Source: Macrostomum lignano (Eukaryota). From it: a DNA stretch of 47,949 bases. The position numbers and the translations under genes were made by a program. Of the stretch, positions 1 through 9,761 are shown in pieces. Positions within the stretch are counted from its first letter, which is position 1. Each line of letters starts with the position of its first letter. The DNA lies in contig NIVC01003348.1 of the NCBI GenBank assembly GCA_002269645.1, positions 1 through 47,949 on the forward strand, written 5' to 3'. The notes beneath the pieces are model-generated. The model was not told the DNA's origin. It saw only the letters and a list, made by a program, of their open reading frames with translations, and did no database searches.

Positions 1-1828
1 GGTACAGATTAAAAGTCACAAAAGCAATTAAAATGGTGAATTGAAAACAAGTAAAAATACAATTTTAATAAGTGCAAAAATACTCAATTGTATAAATATA
101 TAATGCATCATACCCAGTCATTGCATGGAAAGACTTAGTTAATGCAATAATGACTAAGTTGCTCATTGCTTGGTAAAAAGCTTGCTGTCAATTGATCCTT
201 TGCTAGCCAATTACTAGTTTAGAATTGGCTTAATCCAGGAAGATTCAAGACCCAGGTTAGCTTGCACAATGATAAATAGCATGCGTTGATAACAGTGGCA
301 GAAAAAGATAAATTTAAAAGGGTTATAGTTTATAGTTGAGTTTTTAATAATTTCAAATTTATAAGTAAAAAGAATTAGATAATAAAAAATAAAGAAAGAA
401 TAATTCTACTTTAAAACATTTATAAACAAATTATCTATAAGCTATACAAATTCAATAGCTTAGCCTTAGGCTCAAATATGTAGGCTAAGGCTTAGGGGCC
501 TAGGGCCTAATCTCAAGGCAAAATAAAAAGATTGGAATGCCAATTTTATAAAACTTCTAACTTCTAAGTAAACTAACTCTATTTTTAAATCTATTAGGCC
601 TAGGCCTAATCCAATTTTTGAATATGATATAATAAATTAGGCCTAGGCCTATATATAGCCATTTTAGGCTATCTATTTTTTATTTTAATTTTCATTGGCC
701 TAGGGGCCTAGCCTTTAGACAATGGCACCTATAATATATATAGTATATTGAAAGCATATGTACATTGCCATTAGCCACTAATAAAGGCAAAGAAAAAGGC
801 AAAAGCAATAATATAGGCTTAAGCCTAAGGCTTAGCCCAAGGAAATTATTTAATTTTGACTTAAAAAATCAAAACAAAATTTTTAGGCTTAAGGATAGAG
901 CTAAGAGGCCTACAAAAAATTAGTCTTGATAAGCCAATCAATAGGCCTAGCTATAAAATTCTAACTTTAAATAAAAAACCAGAAGTAAGTAAATAAAACA
1001 CTTTATACTTATAGGCCATAGTTAAAGCCTGAATCTTTTAAGGCCTAACTTATATTTTAGTTTAGTCTAATTTAAAATTATAATTTGGAAATCAGGATAT
1101 TACAATTCTATTGCACAAATATATAAAACTATATTCTGGGTTCTTTGTTTGCACCTGGCATTAGGATGGGAAATCAAATCCTGGAAGCTATCCAAGGAAG
1201 GACTAAGTAAAAGACTAGGAAGGTCTAACTTGAGGATAGTAAATGTAAATCATCACTAATACACTATCACAGTAAGTAAGGATAAACCTAGGGTAGGGCT
1301 TAGGCCAGAAATCTATATAGGCTATAGCAGCCAATGAAAAATCGAAACTTATCACACAAGATAGAAACAAGTGTTCGACAATTAGGCCCCTAATCATTAA
1401 TTGATGATCATTAATCATGCCCGGGGGGTTGTCTTTAGTTCTTTTTAAAAATGATGTTCCGCATTTTGTTTTTGGCTGTTTTGAACAAAAGCATCACCGA
1501 TAAGAATATATATTGCATCTTTGTCTATTTTTAATTCTGAGATGTTTAGATTTTTGTAAATATTTTTACCATCATCAATATTGTTGTAATTAAACTTTGT
1601 CTTTAAGTTTATAACGACCCAATATAAAAAATTGCATATATTGCGCTTCAAAAAAGCTTAAAGGGTTATTTAAAATAAGCAAACCTTCCACAGACTACAA
1701 TTCAACGAAAATTAGCGATAAACGTCACAATAGTGCTTGATTTTCTTTTTTATCGATTTAGTGATCTGGATAAATTTGTATCTGAAATTTCCTACTTACA
1801 GTAGAAACAGTAGTTTATGTAATTTTTT

Positions 1829-2022
1829 GTCTTTAAGGTGATGTCTTAAAGATGTCTTAAACAAGACATCTCACAAAAGTCAATTTTAAGTCATCTTGAA
1901 GACAGCTTCGTCAGGATGGCTTGTAGAAGCAAAGTTAAAGATATCTTGAAATTGTCTTGAGGTGTCTTTAGCCATCTTAAGACAATTATAAGATGTCTTA
2001 AGACAACTTCTTTTTGATCGGG
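1829..2022. repeat. Cluster of GATGTCTT/AAGACATC-type motifs ending in TTTTTGATCGGG; possibly one end of a non-autonomous DNA transposon
   Basis: Many short direct and inverted copies of the motif. No matching opposite terminus or TSD found. Confidence 0.35.
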
Positions 2023-3511
2023 TTGTAGGTCGGACATGACATTTGACTTCTCATCCACAGGAAATCTGATTTCTCAATGGCATTAATCGCTTGCTGCTGC
2101 CTCTGTTGATTTACTTTATAAATTTTGTTTTTAGCTACGTCATTCAGTATTTTTTATTTTGATAGTTTGCAGCATTTTACTTGCTGATAATAAATGATGA
2201 TGAAAAATAGGTGATGTAATGCTGAGCAGTGCAATTATTACAATGTCAACAGTAGCATCTTAAGGATTATATCAAATAAAATACAAATTATAAACGCGCT
2301 TTAAGCTGTGAAAGCTATCCCAGCGAACAAAATAAAAGAATTTTTTAACGGTTTATTTAGAACGGCTTTCGTAATTTCTTATTTCATTAACGAAAAATCC
2401 GCGCAGTTTGAGTCACATGATTTCCTTGAAAATGGGCACACTCCGCCGCCGCCAACAATTAATGTCTTGTCAACATCACCAGTGACCCAGTTAAAGTTAT
2501 GCCTGGAGGCTAGAGCCCAGAAATAATTCACATAGTTATGTTAAAAATTTCAGAAATAAGTTATAATTTAACCAATAAATATCGTTAAAGACAATCACTA
2601 ATACATAATATTAGGATTTCTATTTCTAATCTATTATAAATTCAGATTTCAGAGTAGAGGTTGTAACTCGAAGTTAAAATTTATGAAGTAATATTAGAAA
2701 TATGTTATTTTAGTTTTCAGGTTTGTATTTTTATCTAATTGCCATCTCAAACAAATATCGAATAGGCCCCTAAGCTAAAATTAAAGCAAATATTTAAAAA
2801 TTTTAAGACATTTCAATTCATAAAAAGTCATCATCAAAAAGTCATGAAAGTCATAAAAGTCATCATAAAAAAGTTTTTTTGATAATACATATTTTTAGAA
2901 ATTTAAAATAGCCATTAGGCCTAATTTGTATTTTTTATAGTTTGATAAAATTAAAATATATAAATTTGCAACTGCAGCTTGCAATCTAACTATTTAACAA
3001 GAAATCCAAGGTAGATATTTGCAAAAACCCTATATATTAAAAATGAGTTGTCTTTGTGTGTATATGTGTGAGATAGATTTCAGAAAAAATGGCTCAACCA
3101 ATTTTCTTCAAACTTGCACCATTCAATTAGAAATTTTCTAGGACAGTATATGCAATGCATATTGGCTAGGCCCCCTAAGAAATTGCTCAATTTTAAAGGG
3201 ATTAAATATTAAAAAACATGCTTTTTTGCAAAGGTCAAGCAGCTCTTTCAACCTGAAATGCATTGTAAGAATGCTAGAGAAAAAACTAACTGGCTGAATT
3301 TCAATTGTGATAAAGATTGCATCAGAACAAGTTAAAAACAGTGTCAAAAAATATAGACATGACTTGATTGAAATTGCGCAACCATATTGCTAATTTAAAT
3401 TGAGACTAATACTGGCTAACTGAGAAATTGATTATGTCACAACTTTTTGCTCTAACCAACTTATAAAAATTGAATTATAAGGGCCAAAATTCATGTTCTT
3501 CAATTAAAAGA

Positions 3512-4293
3512 GATAGCCCAGATGCAAAGGTCTGCGGTCATTTTGTCTGCCGCCTTTTCATCTGCCAAAGAATTTTAGCAGACAAAACGACTTTTTTATT
3601 TATGTTTATTTTGGTTCACTTATTTAGTATTTTTTATGTAGGGAATTAAAATAAATTAGTACAAGCAAGTAAGCAAGTTTTAAGTATGTTTTCTTATTTA
3701 TATTGATACATTTTGTTTTTCTTCATTTTCCATGAAACCTAACTAACCTATATAATACTTTCGACGCATCGATGCGAAGTTATTTTCTGAGAAAGTGGTG
3801 TTATTGATAATTTTCAATTATCAATTATTCATAATTGCATATGAGTTTACATTTTCTGTGCCTACAATTTCAATTGCTCCTTACATTTTACACTTTGTGC
3901 ATTTAAGCTACTTGTATTCGTGAATAAATTGCATATGAGTTTACATACACGAAAAAAAAGAAAGTTGGAAGGAAACTAAACGGTTGGAGATATTTGCTTC
4001 TGGCTTTGTGTATTTATATGCAACATATTAGCTCCGGAACTTTCAGAAAAATCCTAGCATTATAATAAATTATAATTAATAAGACGTTTACATTACACTT
4101 CCATGCAAAGCTTGATGACATAATTAGTTATTCCGATTTATATATTATATATATTGGCAGACGAAACGACTATATCGTATATTGGCAGACGAAAAGGCGG
4201 CAGACGAAAAGGAGGCAGACGAAATGACTGTCAACCGATGCAAATAGACTAGACTACTAATGTAGTGACCTGGGTTTGAATCTTAGTAGTGCA
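3512..4293 (+). mobile_element. Possible decayed tRNA-derived SINE head, split by the 3529-4236 insertion
   Basis: The reconstructed empty site carries an A-box-like TAGCCCAGATG (3514-3524) and a B-box-like GGTTTGAATCT (4273-4283) at tRNA-like spacing. Confidence 0.35.
3529..4236. mobile_element. Non-autonomous DNA transposon (MITE-like) with imperfect TIRs and an 8-bp TSD
   Basis: GATGCAAA flanks both ends (3521-3528 and 4237-4244). The left end GGTCTGCGGTCATTTTGTCTGCCGCCTTTTCATCTGCCA mirrors the reverse complement of the right end GGTTGACAGTCATTTCGTCTGCC...GCCTTTTCGTCTGCCA. Subterminal GGCAGACGAAA repeats; no ORF. Superfamily not determined. Confidence 0.75.
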
Positions 4294-4790
4294 AAATGAT
4301 TTTTTATTAAAATACCTTAAAATACAAAATGGTTTGACATAAAAGAAGCACAATGTCAAACATAAAAAGCCACCATGTCAAACATAAAAGAGCCACCATG
4401 TCAAGCATAAAAAGCCACTATGTCAAACATAAAAAAGCCACCATTTCAAGCCTAAAAGAGCCACCATGTCAAACATAAAAGAGCCACTATGAAGAACATT
4501 AAAGAGCCACCATGTCAAACATAAAAGAGCCACTATGAAGAACATTAAAGAGCCACCATGTCAAGCATAAAAAGCCACTATGTCAAACATAAAAAAGCCA
4601 CCGTTTCAAGCCTAAAAGAGCCACCATGTCAAACATAAAAGAGCCACTATGAAGAACATTAAAGAGCCACCATGTCAAACATAAAAGAGCTACCATATTG
4701 AACATTAAAGAGCCATTGTTGATATCGAAATAGAATTGCGGTAGAGAAGCACTCTTAACAGATAATAGTAAGACAAAACTCAATATTATT

Positions 4791-4828
4791 TGCGACGCGT
4801 TTCGGCTAAAACTAGCCATCTTCAGGCA
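4791..4828 (-). ncRNA. Minimal type-I hammerhead ribozyme (PLE-type)
   Basis: Minus strand reads UGC-CUGAAGA-U-GGCUA-GUUU-UAGCC-GAAAC-GC-GUC^GCA: core boxes, 5-bp stem II, palindromic ACGCGU stem III, 3-bp stem I, GUC cleavage triplet (cut between 4794 and 4793). Confidence 0.8.
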
Positions 4829-5110
4829 CTATCGAACAGAATTTATTTCAACCTATTAAATACTGTGTAGACGACAAAATCAGGTATTGAAAAGATATAA
4901 AAGGACTAAAGGATCAATGTACAGTATAGCAATGTTCATAATATTATTTGTGGAATGACAGGACAGAGAAAAAAGAGAAAGAGAGAGAGAGAGAGAGAAT
5001 GAGGCGTATGCGCCCCAAATGTACTCTAGCTTAGAACACAACAGCTGTTCACTCGCACCTCCTCCAGATAGTTGGACATTGAGAGTGGGTTTGTGTTGGG
5101 GCGCATACGC

Positions 5111-5147
<37 letters not shown>

Positions 5148-5287
5148 CTCTGTCCTGTCATTCCACAAATAATATTATGAACATTGCTATACTGTACATT
5201 GATCCTTTAGTCCTTTTATACCTTTTCAATACCTGATTTTGTCGTCTACACAGTATTTAATAGGTTGAAATAAATTCTGTTCGATAG

Positions 5288-5325
5288 TGCCTGAAGATAG
5301 CTAGTTTTAGCCGAAACGCGTCGCA
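5288..5325 (+). ncRNA. Minimal type-I hammerhead ribozyme, second copy with an A.C mismatch at the base of stem II
   Basis: Plus strand reads UGC-CUGAAGA-U-AGCUA-GUUU-UAGCC-GAAAC-GC-GUC^GCA (cut after 5322). Confidence 0.72.
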
Positions 5326-5748
5326 AATAATATTGAGTTTTGTCTTACTATTAAAGAGCCACTATGTCAAACATAAAAGAGCCACCATGTCAAACATAAA
5401 AGAGCCACCATATCAAACATCAAAGAGCCACAATGTCAAACATAAAAGAGCCACTACGTCAAACATAAGAGAGCCACCATATCAAACATAAAAGAGCCGC
5501 CATATCTAACATAAAAGAGCCATCACATCAAGCATAAAAGAGCTACCATGTTAAACATATAGTAACTTTATGTCAAACATTAAAGAGCCACCATGTCAAA
5601 CATAAAAGAGCCACCATTTCAAACATAAAAAGCCACCATGTCAAATATATAAGATACACAATTTCAAACATAAAAGTAAGCATCATGCCAATTTTATAGG
5701 AGCCACTATAAAGCTAAGGAAATTGTTGCACTAGCTACTTATTGTTTA

Positions 5749-5810
5749 AGCTTGCTATCTGGGAGATGCTTGCTATCTGGGGATGCTTGCTATCTGGGGG
5801 ATACTTGGGA
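5749..5810. repeat. Short ~18-bp tandem repeat (GCTTGCTATCTGGGGAT), about 3 copies
   Basis: Seen directly. Confidence 0.8.
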
Positions 5811-6161
5811 TGATTTCTTTTTGCATTGCACTTCATTTGAGCAGTTTGTCTATTGTCTTTGTGAAGGCCTTTTTTGGCTATCTTTTTGTTACTTGTAGAG
5901 AACAAATATTCTATCCAGATGTCCCCCATTGGAAGGCAAAAATTGCTAGTCCTATATACTAAAATTAATTAACTAAATACTAAAAACTTATAGAAATATT
6001 ATATAGGAAAAGCAAAAAGCAAAAAGCAAAAAGTGACCTTTTGATCCCAATAATACTTAGACTGAAAAAACCCTAGTAGGAGAAAAATAATACATAAGAT
6101 ATGATAAAGTAGTGTCATAAACTGCTTAGGTCAATAGTACATTCATGTTACTAGCAAATAT

Positions 6162-6339
6162 GCGCAACCTAAGGATAATACATATTACATAATACATATC
6201 ACCCAGCCATTTCTATTGGCAACATATACATGTAAGATGCTATTGGACAAAATAGTTATCTTGTGATTGCTCTCAGCCAATAGCAACTTACATGTGTGTG
6301 TTGCCAATAGAAATGGCCAGGTGAATCCCTAGGTTGTGC
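6162..6339. repeat. Palindromic element (47-bp arms, 30-bp spacer), MITE-like relic
   Basis: 6200-6246 is the near-exact reverse complement of 6277-6323. The outer sequences GCGCAACCTAAGGAT and ATCCCTAGGTTGTGC also pair if a 22-bp insert on the left is ignored. Confidence 0.7.
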
Positions 6340-7868
6340 TTAAGCATGGCTACTAGCTTTATATATTATATTAAGAAAGCCTTGTTAAGTTATAATAAAT
6401 CGGCGTTTATTGAGTTTTGAGAAAGATAGCAAAAGAAGGGGTTAACACATAATTTAGCACTGGCATAGCTCAAACAAAACTTAGTGGTACAGGTAAGGGA
6501 GTCGAAGACCATAGATATAATTAAGAAGTCTGTTATAGAAAATTCTAGAAGGAAAACTTGGATTCACTTACTATAAATATCAAGTTGACTATTTTAAGAT
6601 AAATGATTACTAACATTGTTAACATATTACACTACTAATACAAGGTATAGCATAAAAAATACATTAAGATTTTGCATTAGTATGATCATTTTAGAAGACA
6701 GAACTATTAGCCTTTTAACAACTTGATGGCAATCTTTGGGATTTGAAAAGAGAAAGGATTATACCCTTTCAATAGCTTTGTGGCATCAATAAGATAGTTT
6801 TAAAGGCAGAACTAATATCATTTTTATCAAAAAATAAAATGAAGAAAATAAGAAAAAGTAGAAAAATAAAGAGATAAAATAATATTAAAAAACAAACAAG
6901 TCATAAAAAATCGCATTGAATATTTAAGCCAAAAGGAAAAAGATTTAATTTGTATATATAATAAATCATATTAATATAAAATTCTCTCTAGATATAAATA
7001 TATTGAAGTGGGCAGTAGCTACTGCATGCAGACTTGAAATTGTATTTGCGGAGAGCAAAAGGTTCTTACAAGCGTCTGCACACAATCAGGTTAAATAGGC
7101 CAACACACTAGTTAGTCAATCAACCCCAACCCCCACGTAGCTCAGGCTAGGTGGGCAAACCCCCACCCCTAATCTCTGGGGTTGGTGGCGCATAGATGCG
7201 GCATGATGAGCAGTTGAGTGCAAGGGCATCTAAATGGCCGTCTTCAGGTGCGCTTGCACTTGTCCGCCACAATATCATATTATTTGCTGGTCAAGCAATC
7301 TAACTATCATTGGTAAAATTTAGGTTGTGTATATATAAGATAAAATATATGCTTTTGATACATAAACTATTTTTAGCTTTGCATATATGATTCAAAAAGG
7401 CCTTTCATTTTAGCAAATGCATGGCTGTATATTAGTATAATATTAAATTGTAATTTTATTGATGTTGTTTCATATATATTTATTTAAAAAAATAGGCCTG
7501 GTATATAGAGTATATACAATTTCTTTCCTAAATTTTCTATTAAAATTTGTTTAATTGCACTCAAAATTTCAGTTTTTTATATAATAAATCCTGAAATTAG
7601 AATGTACTTCTTTGCTGGTGAGGTCTGCTTTAGGATTTTACATATTTTGTTATTCTTGTTGCTTGTTAATATAGTTTTTTTCATCCTATTTGGGCCTATA
7701 TGCATTTAATTTTATCCAAGATAAGTTTGCCAATGTAATGGAACTTATGTCTATGGTAGCAAGGCTGGTACAGTGGCATTTAATTTGGTCCAACAAGCAT
7801 CAATTCAGTCCATAGCTTCATTTGCAACAGTTGTGGTGGAGCAGATCAGCCCTAGAATTGTGGACCAT

Positions 7869-8031
7869 ATGCTACGCTGTTGAATGAATGCCATTAACTT
7901 GTGATCAAAGCACTGGAAAGAGGTGAACACCAAAAGGACATTGCAAGGCTGTTCAATGTAAAAGAAAGATGGTTTACAGCATCCAGCAGCACTTTGAAAC
8001 CACTGCCAGCAGAGGTTGCCTGCAAAAAGAA
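7869..8031 (+). pseudogene. Decayed Tc1/mariner-type transposase N-terminus (HTH plus GRPR-like motif)
   Basis: LVIKALERGEHQKDIARLFNVKE, then after a 1-nt frameshift MVYSIQQHFETTASRGCLQK. Reversing CpG decay gives TVYSIQQRFETTASRGRPRK. An in-frame TAA lies at 7895. Confidence 0.55.
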
Positions 8032-8924
8032 GATATTTTTTTTGTTGACATTGTATAAAGTGCAGCAGAATTTGAAGAAGACAGGCAGAAAAAATCTACA
8101 GTTGTTTATTTTGTTCTGTTTCATTTTTTGCAAAATTGTAAGTTTGTATAAAAGTTTGCAACAATAATAATTTTTATTCTCTTGACTTTAAACTACTTAA
8201 AAATACTTTAAGGTGTCGAAAATTTATTGCCTTTAAAGTAAAAGAATGTATCCTTTTCTTGATATATCACACTTAGAGCACTTTTCATTTTTAAGAAGTC
8301 AAGCATTCAGTTTAGGACATAATCAACTATATTCAATCAGATAGAAATTCATATTCGTTCTTATAGTTGGACAAATTGGACAAATAAAACCAGAAGCCAG
8401 CCATTAATGTACCTTAGTGCTTAAGGTACTTAATGTCTGCTTTCTGTCTTGGTGTTTGAGAACTTGAGTGCATGTATTTCTCTTACCCCAGTCTTTCTGA
8501 AGAGTACACAGTTGTGTATGCTCTTAGGGTAGAGGGGTAGACGAAAAATCTCATTGGTAATGTACCGTTAATCTCTGATTTTCACTTATCGTTTACTCTC
8601 ATACAGTTGTTGCTATGTATAGTATTAGTTATTTTGAAACACAGTAAGTAGAGAGAGCAGCTGTTGCCCTTATAGTGTAGCTCAGTACAGCTTACTTTTT
8701 GTACTTTTTCTCTTGACTGTCATGTATTATGTTCTTTATGGTTTAGTGCACTGTGGGGGCGGTTTTTACCTGTTTTTCTGGGAATTTATTCCAAATTGTT
8801 TTGCAGCTAATTATCTAGCTGAATTAGTTTAATATTCTGGCTCCCAATGGTTTCATAACTGTTTTAGTCTATTTCTTTGCATAATCCATTTTATCGTGAC
8901 TTATTAAGGTTATATATCAGCTTC

Positions 8925-9060
8925 TCCACACCCACCCCCCAGTTCCACTCTTACACCTCCCTCCCCCTCTTACATCTCCCTCCCCCCTCTCACATCTCCC
9001 TATCTCCCTCCCACCTCTTACCTCTCCCTCTTCCCCTATCTTACATCTCCATATTCATCC
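8925..9060. repeat. Degenerate C/T-rich ~19-bp repeat (CTCTTACATCTCCCTCCCC)
   Basis: Several diverged copies about 170-300 bp upstream of the DOP1 ATG. Confidence 0.6.
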
Positions 9061-9195
9061 ATAGCATCGTCTGTTTCTATATCTCACAGTTACGTGTTTC
9101 TAATATTTACATTTAGCCCTGTTATTTGTCACTGAACAAAAACCGTTCTTATTTAGATTTAGTATAAGTGACGTCAATGACAGTGACAAGAATTT

Positions 9196-9223
9196 TTCAT
9201 TTCAATTTCATCAATAATTTCAG
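9196..9223 (+). promoter_or_regulatory. 3' splice acceptor 11 nt upstream of the DOP1 start codon (5'-UTR intron or trans-splice acceptor)
   Basis: T-rich tract followed by AATTTCAG|ACCCGCCAAGTATG. Confidence 0.55.
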
Positions 9224-9234
9224 ACCCGCCAAGT

Positions 9235-9761
9235 ATGTTGAATCCATTCGAGGACGAGTCCTCAATCAGGGCTCTAGAGAAGGAGCGTCGCTATAGAAAC
9301 TACAGCTCGGATATGGAGAAGATCCTGCGCCAGTTTGAGAACACATCAGACTGGGCGGATACTATACCTCTGCTGGTTCGCTTAACAAAGACTATCATTG
9401 CTAATAGGCAATACGAACTGATTCCGCACAAATTGATGCTATGCAAACGTCTGGCCCAGTGCCTGCATCAGAATATGCCTAGCGGTGTGCACGAGAAAAC
9501 GCTAGAATGCTATTCGGCCGTATTCTCCTGCGTACAGCGTACCGATTTAAAGTGCAACTTGCACTTGTACCTGTTCGGATTGTTGCCGCTGTTTGCTTAT
9601 TGCGGTTCGACTATTCGGCTGCCTTTGATTTCGTTGTACGAAGAATTTGTGCTGCCGTTGGGGCCCGCCTTGAGGCCATGCCTGCCCGGCCTGTTGCTGG
9701 CACTGCTGCCGGGGATGGAGGAGACCTCCGATCATGTGGATCGGGTGGGACAGCTGCTCAG
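9235..9761 (+). CDS. DOP1: DOP1 coding exon 1 (Dopey_N)
   Basis: ATG at 9235; donor CTCAG|GTGATT at 9761/9762; phase 2, and AG+G re-forms the Arg codon with exon 2. Confidence 0.93.

Larger units (their letters stand above)
4716..5353 (-). mobile_element. Truncated Penelope-like retroelement (PLE): inverted pseudo-LTRs around a short ORF-end fragment, plus a 3' tail
   Basis: Near-perfect inverted arms at 4763-5018 and 5096-5353, each with a minimal hammerhead. The 77-bp spacer reads HKPTLNVQLSGGGASEQLL on the minus strand, resembling the KPxLNxQ end of PLE GIY-YIG endonucleases. A 47-bp extension (4716-4762) is present on one side only. Confidence 0.75.
4337..5690. repeat. 23-bp minisatellite (TCAAACATAAAAGAGCCACCATG), interrupted by the PLE insertion at 4716-5350
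   Basis: Direct tandem copies on both sides of the insertion. Confidence 0.9.

Noticed and set aside
2823-2872. AAAGTCAT short repeat
   Set aside because: Real but short and degenerate, with no further structure.
1215-3347. Short AT-rich ORFs at 1215, 1445, 2308 and 3138 (also 5735 and 8877)
   Set aside because: Under 80 aa, biased composition, no recognisable domains or splice support.
3512-4293. Functional tRNA gene
   Set aside because: Interrupted by a 708-bp insertion, the B box is mutated, and no full cloverleaf can be drawn.
4880-5161. 93-aa ORF as a standalone gene
   Set aside because: Produced by the fold-back and its (GA)n tract; only the spacer-encoded part is considered a possible PLE ORF remnant.
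7205-7270. Hairpin with CTGAAGA on the minus strand as a third hammerhead, or an LTR/PBS remnant
   Set aside because: No GAAA box or cleavage triplet follows, and no partner LTR or retroviral ORF was found.
9169-9176. Perfect CRE palindrome TGACGTCA near the start codon
   Set aside because: A single 8-mer can occur by chance, and it lies upstream of the acceptor in probable intron or outron sequence.
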